Made by a program: the position numbers and the translations under genes. From assembly GCF_009914755.1 (NCBI RefSeq), contig NC_060932.1: a stretch of 64,000 bases of DNA, one strand, 5' to 3'. This document shows positions 11,419 to 21,510 of the stretch, in pieces. Source of the DNA: the human T2T-CHM13v2.0 reference genome, Homo sapiens. Positions within the stretch are counted from its first letter, which is position 1, and each line of letters starts with the position of its first letter. The notes under the pieces were generated by a model that saw only the letters and a list, made by a program, of their open reading frames with translations, searched no databases and had not been told where the DNA came from.

Positions 11419-14400
11419 CGCGGGAGCCCGATCTGCATCAGACCATCTTTTCCTGTTCATGGGGATGAGCCGGGCAGAGGCTCAAGGGGCCTGGCTCCCT
11501 CAAAGCTGGGCAGAGACCCCAGGACAGGTCGAGGTCTGGAAGGAGCAGCCTCTGCTGGGCCCCAAGAGGGACAGGATGAGCCCAGGTGAGGCTCAGAGAG
11601 AGAGAGTGTGGGCTGGGTCTCGATGAGCGAGGTTAGACATGGCTGGAGAAGAGAAAACCCAGTGTCCATATCCCTGCCTGGTGTGACCACAGTGCGACCC
11701 TTAATCTCAAAGCCACAGCAGCCCCGTTAAAAAAGGGTGCCCCTCCCGTAAGTCTGCAGTGAGGGTTGGTATCGATCGCACGCTGCATGCTGTGTTATCT
11801 TTTTAATTTTATCCTTTCTTACATTGCTGGATCCCCATCTCATTCCCAAGAAGCTGAAGGCATGCGGCAATGCGCGGAGCTCAAAGACCACAGCTGTCAT
11901 TCATACCAGGGCCTCTACTTTGCCCTCCAGAAGGTTCCCCCCTTCCCCGAGAGCCACTGGCCTCTCCTGTCCAAGGCCCTCAGGAGCCATGCAGACAGGG
12001 ACCCCGACCTCGCTGCCCTGTGCATGGGTGTGTGGGGGTGCCCCCTGCTTGGGGAGGGCTCATGGTGTCCTGTCTGGGTGACAATCTTGTGGGGCCCTAG
12101 GGCAGGCCCCGGCTGTCCTTCCTGTGGAGGGCATGGTAATTCCTGAGTGGCCTCCATCTGCATGGGAGGCAGGAATGAGCCCAGAGGCCAGGGTGGGTGT
12201 TGCTTGGGCCTTGCTGGCCCAGCCTGACCATGGCCAGTGCCCCTATGGCAGATGGCTTCGTGGCAGGGCCGAGTTGGCAGTGCTGTGCACAGGCAGGTGG
12301 GCAGGGGGACCTCACACCTACCCAGAAAGGCCGCCAGAGGGTCTGGAGTGAGGAGGGGGCAGAAGCACCAGGCCCTTGGCTGTGTGTTCCGTGGGGCACC
12401 TGAGTGATGTGGTGAAGAGCTCTGGGCAGCCAGGTGGCAGGTGAGCCCAGGCCGGTGTCCTGAGGCTTGAGGGAGTGAGTGGGGACCTGTGGGCAGCCAG
12501 TCCTGAGCCCAAAGTTTCCACAGGCTGGATCCAGGGCTGCCCTGTCCCTTGCACTTGGGGCACCCTGGATGCCTGGCGGTTGAACAGTGTGGGTTTGAAG
12601 GATACCGATGCCGGCCCTGCCCTCTGGAATTATATCCTAATGGGGTTAGACAGAGAAGTAAATAGGGGCAGCAAGCCCGAGTCAGGGGGCCAGAAGGGCC
12701 TGGAGAAAGCCAGAGCCCGGAGGCGCAGGGAGGCTGGGGCAGTTTCTAGGAGGTGGGCAGGGGAGGCCTCCCTCACTTGGGACCTTTGAGCAGGTGGGGT
12801 GAGGGTTGCCTTGGAGGGGAGCAGAAGGGGTGTGACCGGGGCGCCTCGGGGCTGGGGAGCAGGCTGGCAGACTTGTGCATGTTCAGATCCTTCTCCACCC
12901 TTAGCTCACCCCCGCAGGTGGGCAGCCGTGTCCCTAAGCCATGGAGTCATCCCCTGTAAAGTGGGTCCGCGGAGGCCTGGCTTACCTGGAGCTGATCGCA
13001 GCAGTGAGGCTTCTCTCAGCAAACAGGGCTTTTCATCGTCCCCTTGTTATGATCATTGTAATGCCAGTCACCTCCCCCGCCACTGCCTCAAGGTGGGCAG
13101 GCGTCTGAGATGGCAGCTTCTGAACACCGGGCTTCCAGGATCCACATCCGGGCTCCTCTCCACCCTCTTTCCTGGCAGCAGTGGAGGCTGGAGGCTCATG
13201 TGGGTTCCTGCCTGGCTGAGCGCCGGCTCCTGCCCCGTCCCTCCCGCCCCACCCTCCTCTTCCCTACCTGCCTCTGCAGGGTGATAGGGTTGGGGATGGA
13301 GTGGGCAGAGGCAACTGCACAACTGATAGTTTTCTGGATGCTTCTTAATTTCAATGTTTGTCCACTTCCTGCTGGGAGGCTGTGGGCATCAGGGCAGGTG
13401 GTGACCTCAGCAAAAGCCTCGGAAGCTTCTGGAAGGGCACCTAGGATTGTGTGTGCTTCCACATGGGAGCGGATGCTTGTCTTGAAGAGGGTCAAGTGGG
13501 CCTGGGCCCCTAATGTCCAAGTGCAGGTGAGCTGCAGATTCTAGGGGCTTCTAGGCAGGGGCCGGGTTCCTCTGCCTCCCGGCCCTGCAGGACGATGGGG
13601 GTCCGTGGGGAGCTGAGGCACAGAAAGGCTGGCAGAGCTACTGGGGTGTGCCTGGTGCCCACCCTGGTCTCCAGCCTCCCAGCAGACAACTGGATCTGAG
13701 AAAAAGGAGGGTCCCATGAGCTGGTTTGGCCCAACCTCCATTTATGCTAGGGAGGCATTTTGGCCCAATGAGACTTTAGCTCAGAGAGGGGAGAGGCAAT
13801 TGCCTAAGTCCCCCCAGACAGGTGGCAGCAGGGCCAGGCCATGGGCTGGGGTCTCATCCTCCAGGGCTCTGCTCTTTCCTGGAGTCACCCCTGGAGTCCA
13901 CAGGGCAGGGTTCCTTCCTTTCCTGAGGGTGTCCAGGCTTCACGTCTGCCCTCATTGCCAGGTAGGTGCAGGGACACCTTTGTGAAGCTCCTGGGCCTTT
14001 AGGGAAGACAGAGGAGAAAAGAGAAGGTTGATAAGGTGTAGGGACTGTCAGCCCAAGAGAGGGAGCAAGGAGGAGGGTAGGCATTCATCCTGCATTCATC
14101 CTGACGAACGGGGGGAGCTGGGATGTTGGGGCACTCAGGGCCACTCCTGGGGCCCCCCTGACCAACCCCCTGTCTCTCCCCTCCATTTCCCACCTGCCCT
14201 GGCCTCCTGAGACTGCAGCTTCAGAGGCACTGGAGCCTTGTGAGGTTTATTCTATCTGCGGTTTAGTTGTTGCCCAGTTAGGGGTAAGTGAGGATTTTGC
14301 TGACTTCCGTAAGCTGGGCATGTCTTCCTGGTGGACTTGGAGACCATTGTGCAACCACCTCAGAGGGCCTGGAGCTGTGAGCCGTGGCACTGAGTGCTGA

Positions 14401-15416
14401 GACCCCGTTCCTGCAGGGGCTCTGGCAGCAGCTGCCAGGTCCTGCCTGGCTTTGGTTTGCCCACCCTGATTGTGTAGTCTGGGACAAGACAGCAGGTGCC
14501 GCGTCGCCATAAAAATATCTAAACAGACCAACTGCAGATCCCAGAATTAAGTTTAAAACTGCAGCTATTGATGTTTTCGAAAAATAGGGTGTGCTAAGAG
14601 GCAGGAAGATATTTTGCCCAGTAGGCTCCTTTTCCGTTTTTTTTGGGTGTATTTTATTGATTTCTGCCCTGAAATAGTGCTTTTGACATTTTAAAATAGA
14701 ATCCTAGGCGAAGGTATCCTAGGCTCGGGATTTAAGTGAAAATGGACATGGCTTTTCATAAATGCAACTTTAAGACAAAGCACTCAGGTGCTGGCTTCCT
14801 GGGCTGGCTCAGACGTCTTCTACGCCCTCCTCTCTGCAACCCCCTCCTCCATCCAGGCTTTTGGACTAAAAAAAAGCCACTGGGATGACTGCTCATTGCT
14901 GCTTTATCATTCTGCTATGGATTATTTTCTCTTCTCCACTGCTAGATGGGGCAGGAGAGAGCGGTGCTGCAGGTCAAACACGGAGTTGCCTGTGTAAGCC
15001 TAGGGCTAGGCTGCCGCCCTCAGCCTCAGGGTCCTGGGCCCGAGGCCATCCAGGCCCAGCATCTGGTGCTGGCTTCTTCCTCCTTCCTCCTTCTCACTGG
15101 GCAGCCCCTGCTTCAGGCCAGGAGGGCCCTGGGACTGTAGGAAAACTTGACGAAGTCCCCAGTCTTTGGAAAGACAACCTAGAAAAGGGCAATTCTGATA
15201 CAGAATGCAGGTCCTGTCCTTGGGCCACAGGCCAGTGGCTGGGCTCTCTGAGGCTGGGCTTCCTTTCCACGAGTCCCAAACACCCCCTGTCCTGCCGGCA
15301 GTATGGGCTGCTGCAAGGGGCAAGGAGTGGTGGGAATAAGACAGAGGCCCTGGTGGAGTCTCGCCCGCAGCTCCTGCCTCAGCTGCACTCCTCCCTGGCC
15401 TGTGGTAGTGGCCGGG

Positions 15417-15832
15417 CACTAACGGCTGAATGTTTCTGTCCCTCCAGTCTTCATGAGGAAATCCTAACCCCCAGGGTGATGGGATGGGCAGGTGGGGCCT
15501 TCGGGAGGCAAGGAGGTCCTGAGGGTGGAGTCTCATGATGGATCAGCGCCCTTAAACAATGAGAGTCCAGAGAGATGCCTTACCCCATCCACCATGTGAG
15601 GCCACAGCAAAAAGACAGCCATCTATGGACCAGGAGGCAGCCCTCTCCAGATGCCAAATCTGCTAGTGCCTCGATCTTAGACTTCCAGCTCCAGAACTGT
15701 GCGAAATCAATTTCTCTTGTTGATAAGCTTGCTTCCCTTCCCACTGTTGTCCAGGCTCCATATCTGTCCCCATTGCCAGGCAGGCCACCAGGCTTTGACA
15801 TTCTGTTATGGCAGCTTCTATGGGCTCAGACA
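15417..15832 (+). mobile_element. MLT1A-family MaLR solo LTR with an internal 56-bp insertion
   Basis: CTGAATGTTTCTGTCCC...GAAATCCTAACCCCCAG...CCATGTGAGG...GATCTTAGACTTCCAG...end GTTATGGCAGC...CTCAGACA; possible 5-bp TSD CCGGG/CCAGG. Confidence 0.88.
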
Positions 15833-16399
15833 CCAGGCCTTCAAGGGGTCCAGCCTGCAGGTGGTGCGGCCCAGGTGCGCGTCGTAGGAGAGGAGGCACT
15901 TCATTGCTGTCAGCTGCTTGGCTATTCCATGGCTGTTCCATGTCCCTAGAGACACCCGTGGGGCTCAGTCCCAGCCTCCTGTTGGTGCAAAGTGGCTTCC
16001 ACATGCCCAAGGGCTGGTTTTCAGTCATTGGAGGCACTGCTGGCCCCCAGGGTCATGAGCCATGCCTGAGGATGAGCTCCCAGGTTGGCTGGATTAGAGG
16101 GGCTGAGGGGAATTTGTCCCTGGGCATCTGGGGACACCAGGGCTGCACCCCACGTCTAGTGACTGCAGGAACAGGTACTGCAGGGCAGGGACAGCTAGGT
16201 GGCCAAGGCTGTGGGAGCTGCATGAGGAGCAGGGACCAGTGCTGGTGTCCTCTGATCCACCGGCATTGCCGGGGCTCACGCTGCGGGGGTCGGGGAGTGA
16301 TGGTAACAACGGCCGAGGGCTCCTGAGCACATCCTCTGAGCAGGTGGGATGTTAGGATTTTTCCTGCATTTCCCCATCTGACCCTTCTAGAAATTCTGC

Positions 16400-16515
16400 T
16401 GGCAGGTACTTCTCCATTGTCCAGGTGAAGACAGGTGAAGCAGAGAGAGTGATCTGCATCTCTGAGGTTCAGCAGCTCCAAAGTGGCAGAACTGTGAGCT
16501 GAAGCCCGAGAACCT
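16400..16515 (-). mobile_element. MIR SINE fragment
   Basis: CTCCATTGTCCAGGTGAAGA...AAGTGGCAGAACTG...TGAAGCCC. Confidence 0.5.
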
Positions 16516-17879
16516 AGTGCCAGGCATCTCCGGGCGGCTTCCATGGACCGCCGCCTGCAGAGATCAGTGGCAGGGGGTGGGGGCTGGGGGCAAGCCGGGC
16601 TGTGCTGGGGGGTTGGGGGGAGGTGGTGGTGGAGTTAGTAGAGTCTGGGGGCTCCAGCTTCCTTCCCAAGGTGGGGCTGCCCCGGAGGAGGCCGTACAGA
16701 CCGGCCACAGTGTGGGGCCTGTTAGTCACCACAGCTTTGCTTAGGCACCTGCAGAATCCGATGCCTGGGGTGGGTGACGGCCGGGGGCCCTGCCCTGCCG
16801 CCTCCACCAGCAGGCCCGTTTATCCAGCTCTCTTGCGCTGGTAGGGTAATTAGCTCCAGCAGCTGGGACTACATTTTCTGAGCAGATGCCAGCAAGAAGT
16901 TAGTTGTTCCGGAGTAGTAAATTATGTCATCTCTTTTGTTTTTATTTAAAATGTCCCTGCCTTCCCCTACCAGCTCCTTTTCTTCTAGCCGAGGGCCAGG
17001 GGAAGGTGGTTTCAAGACATGCTGTAATGACCGGGATCCCTGGTGGCTCCCGATGGGCAGCCATGAGTCTCCAGGTTGCCAGTGGCTCTGAGTCCAGCGT
17101 GAGGGGGCTGGAGGCCACGTCAGGCTCCGAGAGGGGGTCTAAGCCGGAACCACACCATCCTGCAAGGAGCAACAAAGATGCTGAGCGGCACGCCAGCCAG
17201 GCTCTGCACAGCTTTGCCAGGCTTCAGAGCTAGGATTCATCTATCTTTAATTCACTCAATAACTCACAAATGATTAGCTTGTGACAATTATACTTTTCAA
17301 ACATGAAAGAGTGTTGTGATGCTGCTGAAGGTCACGGTGTGAACAGACCCACCGGCGGGTCCTGGACATCTGGCCCCACCCCTCTCAGCCCAGAACGCCG
17401 GCAGTGCCCGCCTCCTCCCTCTGCTCCTGCCCTGGGCGAGGCTCTGCTCTTGCAGAAGAGAAGAGATGGCCCCAGTGAGCACAGGGACCCGGGTTGAGAT
17501 ATGGTGAGACTGCCCCGGTGCCCTGCAGGACCTGTCCCTAGGGCCTGCCTTCCTCTCCCCAGATATCATTCATTTGATGCCTCAACACAGTGCCAAGTCA
17601 CGCCACTGTTCCCCAGACATATATTAAACAGTGTCTCCAAAACTGGCCCTGCCATCTCCTGGCCATGTGGCCTTGGCAAGCCCCTTCACCACTCTGATCT
17701 TTTGTTTCTTCTTCCACAGGTTGAACCTACGCAGCTGACGTCATGGTTGGCACGCAGCTTAGTCTTGTATCTGGCTCCGTGGGGCACGTGGTGCCCTGTG
17801 CACACATGCCCACCTCGCCCTGTTGGCCCCTCTGGGCACAACTGACTTTGGGATAGGGACCAGAGCCTGAACTGTCCTG

Positions 17880-18305
17880 GGGGCCCAATGTCATTGGTGA
17901 TCCCCTAGTTGGAGAATGCTCTCTGGCAGGGAGCAGGAGAGGAAGAGAGACTGAAGCTGGAGGAGGATGCAGTGCATGTGGCTGACTGGCAGGTGGAGGG
18001 GTCACCCAAGGAGGAATGGGGGCCCTAGGGCAGAGAGCAGCCTCCGTGGACGCCAGCAAGGAAACAGGGGTGTCAGGCCTGTAACCTCAAGGACCCGGAT
18101 TCTGCCAGTGCCCGAGTGAGCCTGGGCAAAGATTCCTCCCGGAGCCTCCAGGTTGGAGTCCAGCCCCACCACACCTTGATTTTGGCCCATGGGACCCTGA
18201 GCAGAGCCCAGCTGAACTCATATGGCAAGAAAGACCGGAGCTAAAAAGGATGTTGTTTTAAGACACTAAGTATAGGGCGATCTGCTACACAGCAATAGAA
18301 AACCA
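17880..18305 (+). mobile_element. MaLR LTR (MLT1D/E-like)
   Basis: GGGCCCAATGTCAT..., GCCAGCAAGGAAACAGGG, GATTCTGCCA, ACACCTTGATTTTGGCC, TTGTTTTAAGACACTAAGT...ACAGCAATAGAAAAC. Confidence 0.78.
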
Positions 18306-20223
18306 CGGCAAAACCCACATGGGTGAAGACACTGGGTTTGGGTTTGGACGTGCTGAGCTTGGGACGCTTTAGGACTTCCAGGTGGAGGAGTCCAGAAGGC
18401 ATTGTTTGCCCATCCATGGTGCCCTGAAGAGACCAAGAGGCTCACATCAGAGGGTGGTCTCAGAGAGGCCGAGCGTGTGACAGCAGAAAAATCGCTTGCC
18501 GTCTACACCCACCCTCCCTCTCTGCACGAGGACGTGGCACCAGAAAATTGGCAGTCTTTTCCTAGCCTAAAGCACCGCAGTGAGCACCAACCAGTGGTTG
18601 CCATCACCGGCCTCACTCCGAGTCCAGCTCCTGTGGCAGGATAGCCGAGCTCTGCAGAGGGTCCCGGGCTGGGGCCTGGGGCTGCGTCCGCCAGGCGCTT
18701 CCCTGTCTCCTTATGCTCCAGGGGCCGTTGGCTCTGGGGCATGCAGGGGTCCCAGTGGTGCCTGTCTCTCATCCTGCATCCCTATCACGCTGGCGCACAC
18801 TAGGGCCCCTCATACTGCTGATGTCACATGCTGACTGCTTGCCGCCTTCCGAGAGCCCGTCCTCTTCATCCAGGGGCCCCAGCAAGTGATGCCATTTTAA
18901 CACAAACTTCAAGAGCAAAGTTTGTGAATCGGTTGCTTTGAGCCCAGGAGCTGTGTCTTGCCTGTGCCTGGCCTGCTTCCTAAATTCCAGGGATGCCTCC
19001 TGACCTCCAAGCCCACTCCTCAGCCCCCATCGTCTCTACTTCCTTTTCAGGTTGCATTCAACTCAGCCGTAAAACAGATCAGGGCTGCCGGATCCCCGCT
19101 GCTCAGAACATGAGATTTTCTCCTGGCAGTGGGAGGCCTGACATCTTATTAAAAACAGAGCAAATGGCATCAGTGGAAAGGTAACTCAGGGCTCTGAGTG
19201 ATTTGTACTTCTGGGTAAGGACTTTAGCCTTCCCGGTGGGTGGCCCCTCAGCCCAGCAGGAAGAGAGGTGGGCTCCACTGTCACAGGGTAGGCGTCCCAC
19301 TGGTGTGGAGGTGTCGTGGAAGGCTGAGCAGGGAGTGGCACTGTGAGCCACATCTGGGGGGCTCACCCTGCTGGAGGGCAGCAAGGAGAGACTGGGGAGG
19401 CCTGTGAGAACTGCTGGGTGCCATCCCCAATGCCCCATCCCTGCTGTCCCCAGCTGGAGCCCTCCAGCCTGCACTTGCTCAGCGCTGGCCTGGCTACGAG
19501 AGCTGTGGCTCACCCTGAGGGTCCCACATCCGCCTTGGTGCTGCCCCAGGCTCCACGGGCATCTGGCCACCTTCAAGTGCTGCCTGGGGCCATGGCATCG
19601 CTGCTACCCTCCCAGCCTCGGATCAGCCCCTCGTGGGCATCTCTACTCTGTAGCCAACCTGTGGCCCTGTCTGGGCTGGAGATGCCCAGCCTCACTCATC
19701 ACCCTAGCAGGGGCCAGGAGAGAGCCGGAGGGCTGCAGCTTTTGGATGCCCTGGGGCACTTGTCAGGGAGGATGGAGAGAGGCTGAGGGGACAGAGCTGG
19801 TGCCTGGGGTGCGGAAGCCTGGCCCCTGATGTGCTGTCCTCACTCCCTCCCCTCTGAGCTCCTCCTGGTGCACATTGGCAGGGAACAGTCAGCAAGGAGA
19901 GGTCAGGCATCACTATGGTGAGCAATTCTGGTGCCCACACCCGGGGCCACGGGCTAACTGGGGAACTGAGGGGCGGGCTGTGCCCAGGGTTCAGGACAGC
20001 CTCCCTGCTCCTGGCCAGCTCTCAGCTTCACAGCTAGCTGGGTTCTGGCGTCTGACTCTTTATCTGCTCAACCCAACAGGTAGTAACTGAGTACCTGCTG
20101 TGTGCCTGGGGATGTCTTCTGAGCTGGGACTGGAAAGAGGAGCGGAAGGAGAGGCTGAGCTGTGAGTAAGATGTCTCCAGCCAAGCACGAGGCAGCCCAG
20201 CCTACTCAGCAGGGAGCAGAACA

Positions 20224-20553
20224 CAGTGGCCCAACCTTTTTGGCACCAGGGACCAGTTTCATGGAAGATAATTTTTCCACGGACGGGGTAGGGGACGGTT
20301 TCAGCATGACACTGTTTCATCTTAGATCATCAGGCATTAGATTTTCATAAGGAGCGAGCAACCTAGATCCCTTGCACACGCAGTTCACAACAGCGTTCAA
20401 GCTCCAGTGAGGATCTAATGCCACTGACCTGACAGGAGGTGGAGCTCAGGCAGTAATGCTCACTTGTCCACTGCTCACTGCCTGCTGTGTGGCCTGGTTC
20501 CTAACAGGCCACTGGCAGCTCCATGCCTGTGGCCTTGGGGCTGGGGACCCCTG
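20224..20553. mobile_element. MER1B (hAT-Charlie DNA transposon fossil)
   Basis: CCAACCTTTTTGGCACCAGGGACCAGTTTCATGGAAGA...TAGATCATCAGGCATTAGATT...GGAGCTCAGGCAGTAATGCTC...GGGGACCCCTG. Confidence 0.92.
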
Positions 20554-20649
20554 GGAGAAGGGACAGCTCACCCCATGGGCAGGGCTTTGGAGAGCATGGC
20601 AGTCCTGGGAGTGGCCTGGAATTAGCCACAATCACCCTAGTGCGCCTTC

Positions 20650-20836
20650 TAGAGTTGGCAGGTAAAATGAGGGATGCTTGGTCACGTTAGAATTTCAGAT
20701 AATTAATGAATATTTTTTCAGCATAAGTATATCTCATCCAGTATTTGAGACATACTTACACTAAATAATTCGTTGTTTATCTGAAATTCAAAAATCTAAA
20801 TTCCTGTAATTTTAGTTGATGAATCTGGCAAGCCTA
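20650..20836. mobile_element. MER53 palindromic hAT MITE
   Basis: Inverted arms GAATTTCAGATAA/TTATCTGAAATTC and TAAGTATATCTCA/TGAGACATACTTA; ends GTTGGCAG...CTGGCAAG. Confidence 0.88.
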
Positions 20837-21439
20837 GATCTTGCCTGTGGGGGGAAACTCGGAAGAGGGCCTTTCCCTCCCCTGACCCACAGGCCATGGG
20901 GAGAGTGGGCTGGGAGGAGAAGGTGGAGACCCATGGAGTTTGGTGGCCACGCTGGGACCACCACCCATTTGGTGGCTCAGCTGGGACCCGTGGGGTTTGG
21001 TGGCCACACTGAACGAGTGTTGTCTTCACAACATCTGTAGTTCCTTGGCCAGGGCTGGGGGGCCTGGGCCCCCATACTACATGCGTATTCCCCACAGAAA
21101 AAGTCATCATAAGACCCCAGATCTCTGCAGCTGAACAAATGAATGCATTTTCCATTTGATTTGGCTGAGTCACTCCTCCGTGTTCTTCTAGGAATCGAAT
21201 AGCTCTAAGTGTGTTTGGTCACTGGTTTTGGCCACTTGACCTAGCCAAATGTTGCTTCCTGTCTGGAACAGAGCCTTGCTGTCTTGACAGCACAGGCCTG
21301 AGTGACCTCAGCTCCCTCATCTGTCCCCGTCTGTGTCTCGGTTGCCTCGAGTGCTCCCTGCTTCCAGATGGAAGGAAGGCGCCTGCTGGTTCCAGTGGTG
21401 GAGGCGTGGTGTGCACAGTCGAAGCGGACGGATGTGTCC

Positions 21440-21510
21440 CCCATGAGCTGTGTGATCATGGGCTAGTGGCTGCCCCTCTCTGGGCCTCCTTTCCATCTGC
21501 AGGTCATGGG
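21440..21510 (+). mobile_element. MIR SINE fragment
   Basis: GAGCTGTGTGATCATGGGCTAGT...CCCTCTCTGGGCCTC...CCATCTGCA. Confidence 0.5.

Noticed and set aside
17700-17745. Acceptor-like TTTCTTCTTCCACAG and full CRE TGACGTCA (17736-17743)
   Set aside because: Isolated motifs at the edge of a MIR-like fragment; one 8-mer is expected by chance in 64 kb.
18901-18926. 9-bp inverted repeat CACAAACTT...AAGTTTGTG
   Set aside because: Short hairpin compatible with chance; no other supporting structure.
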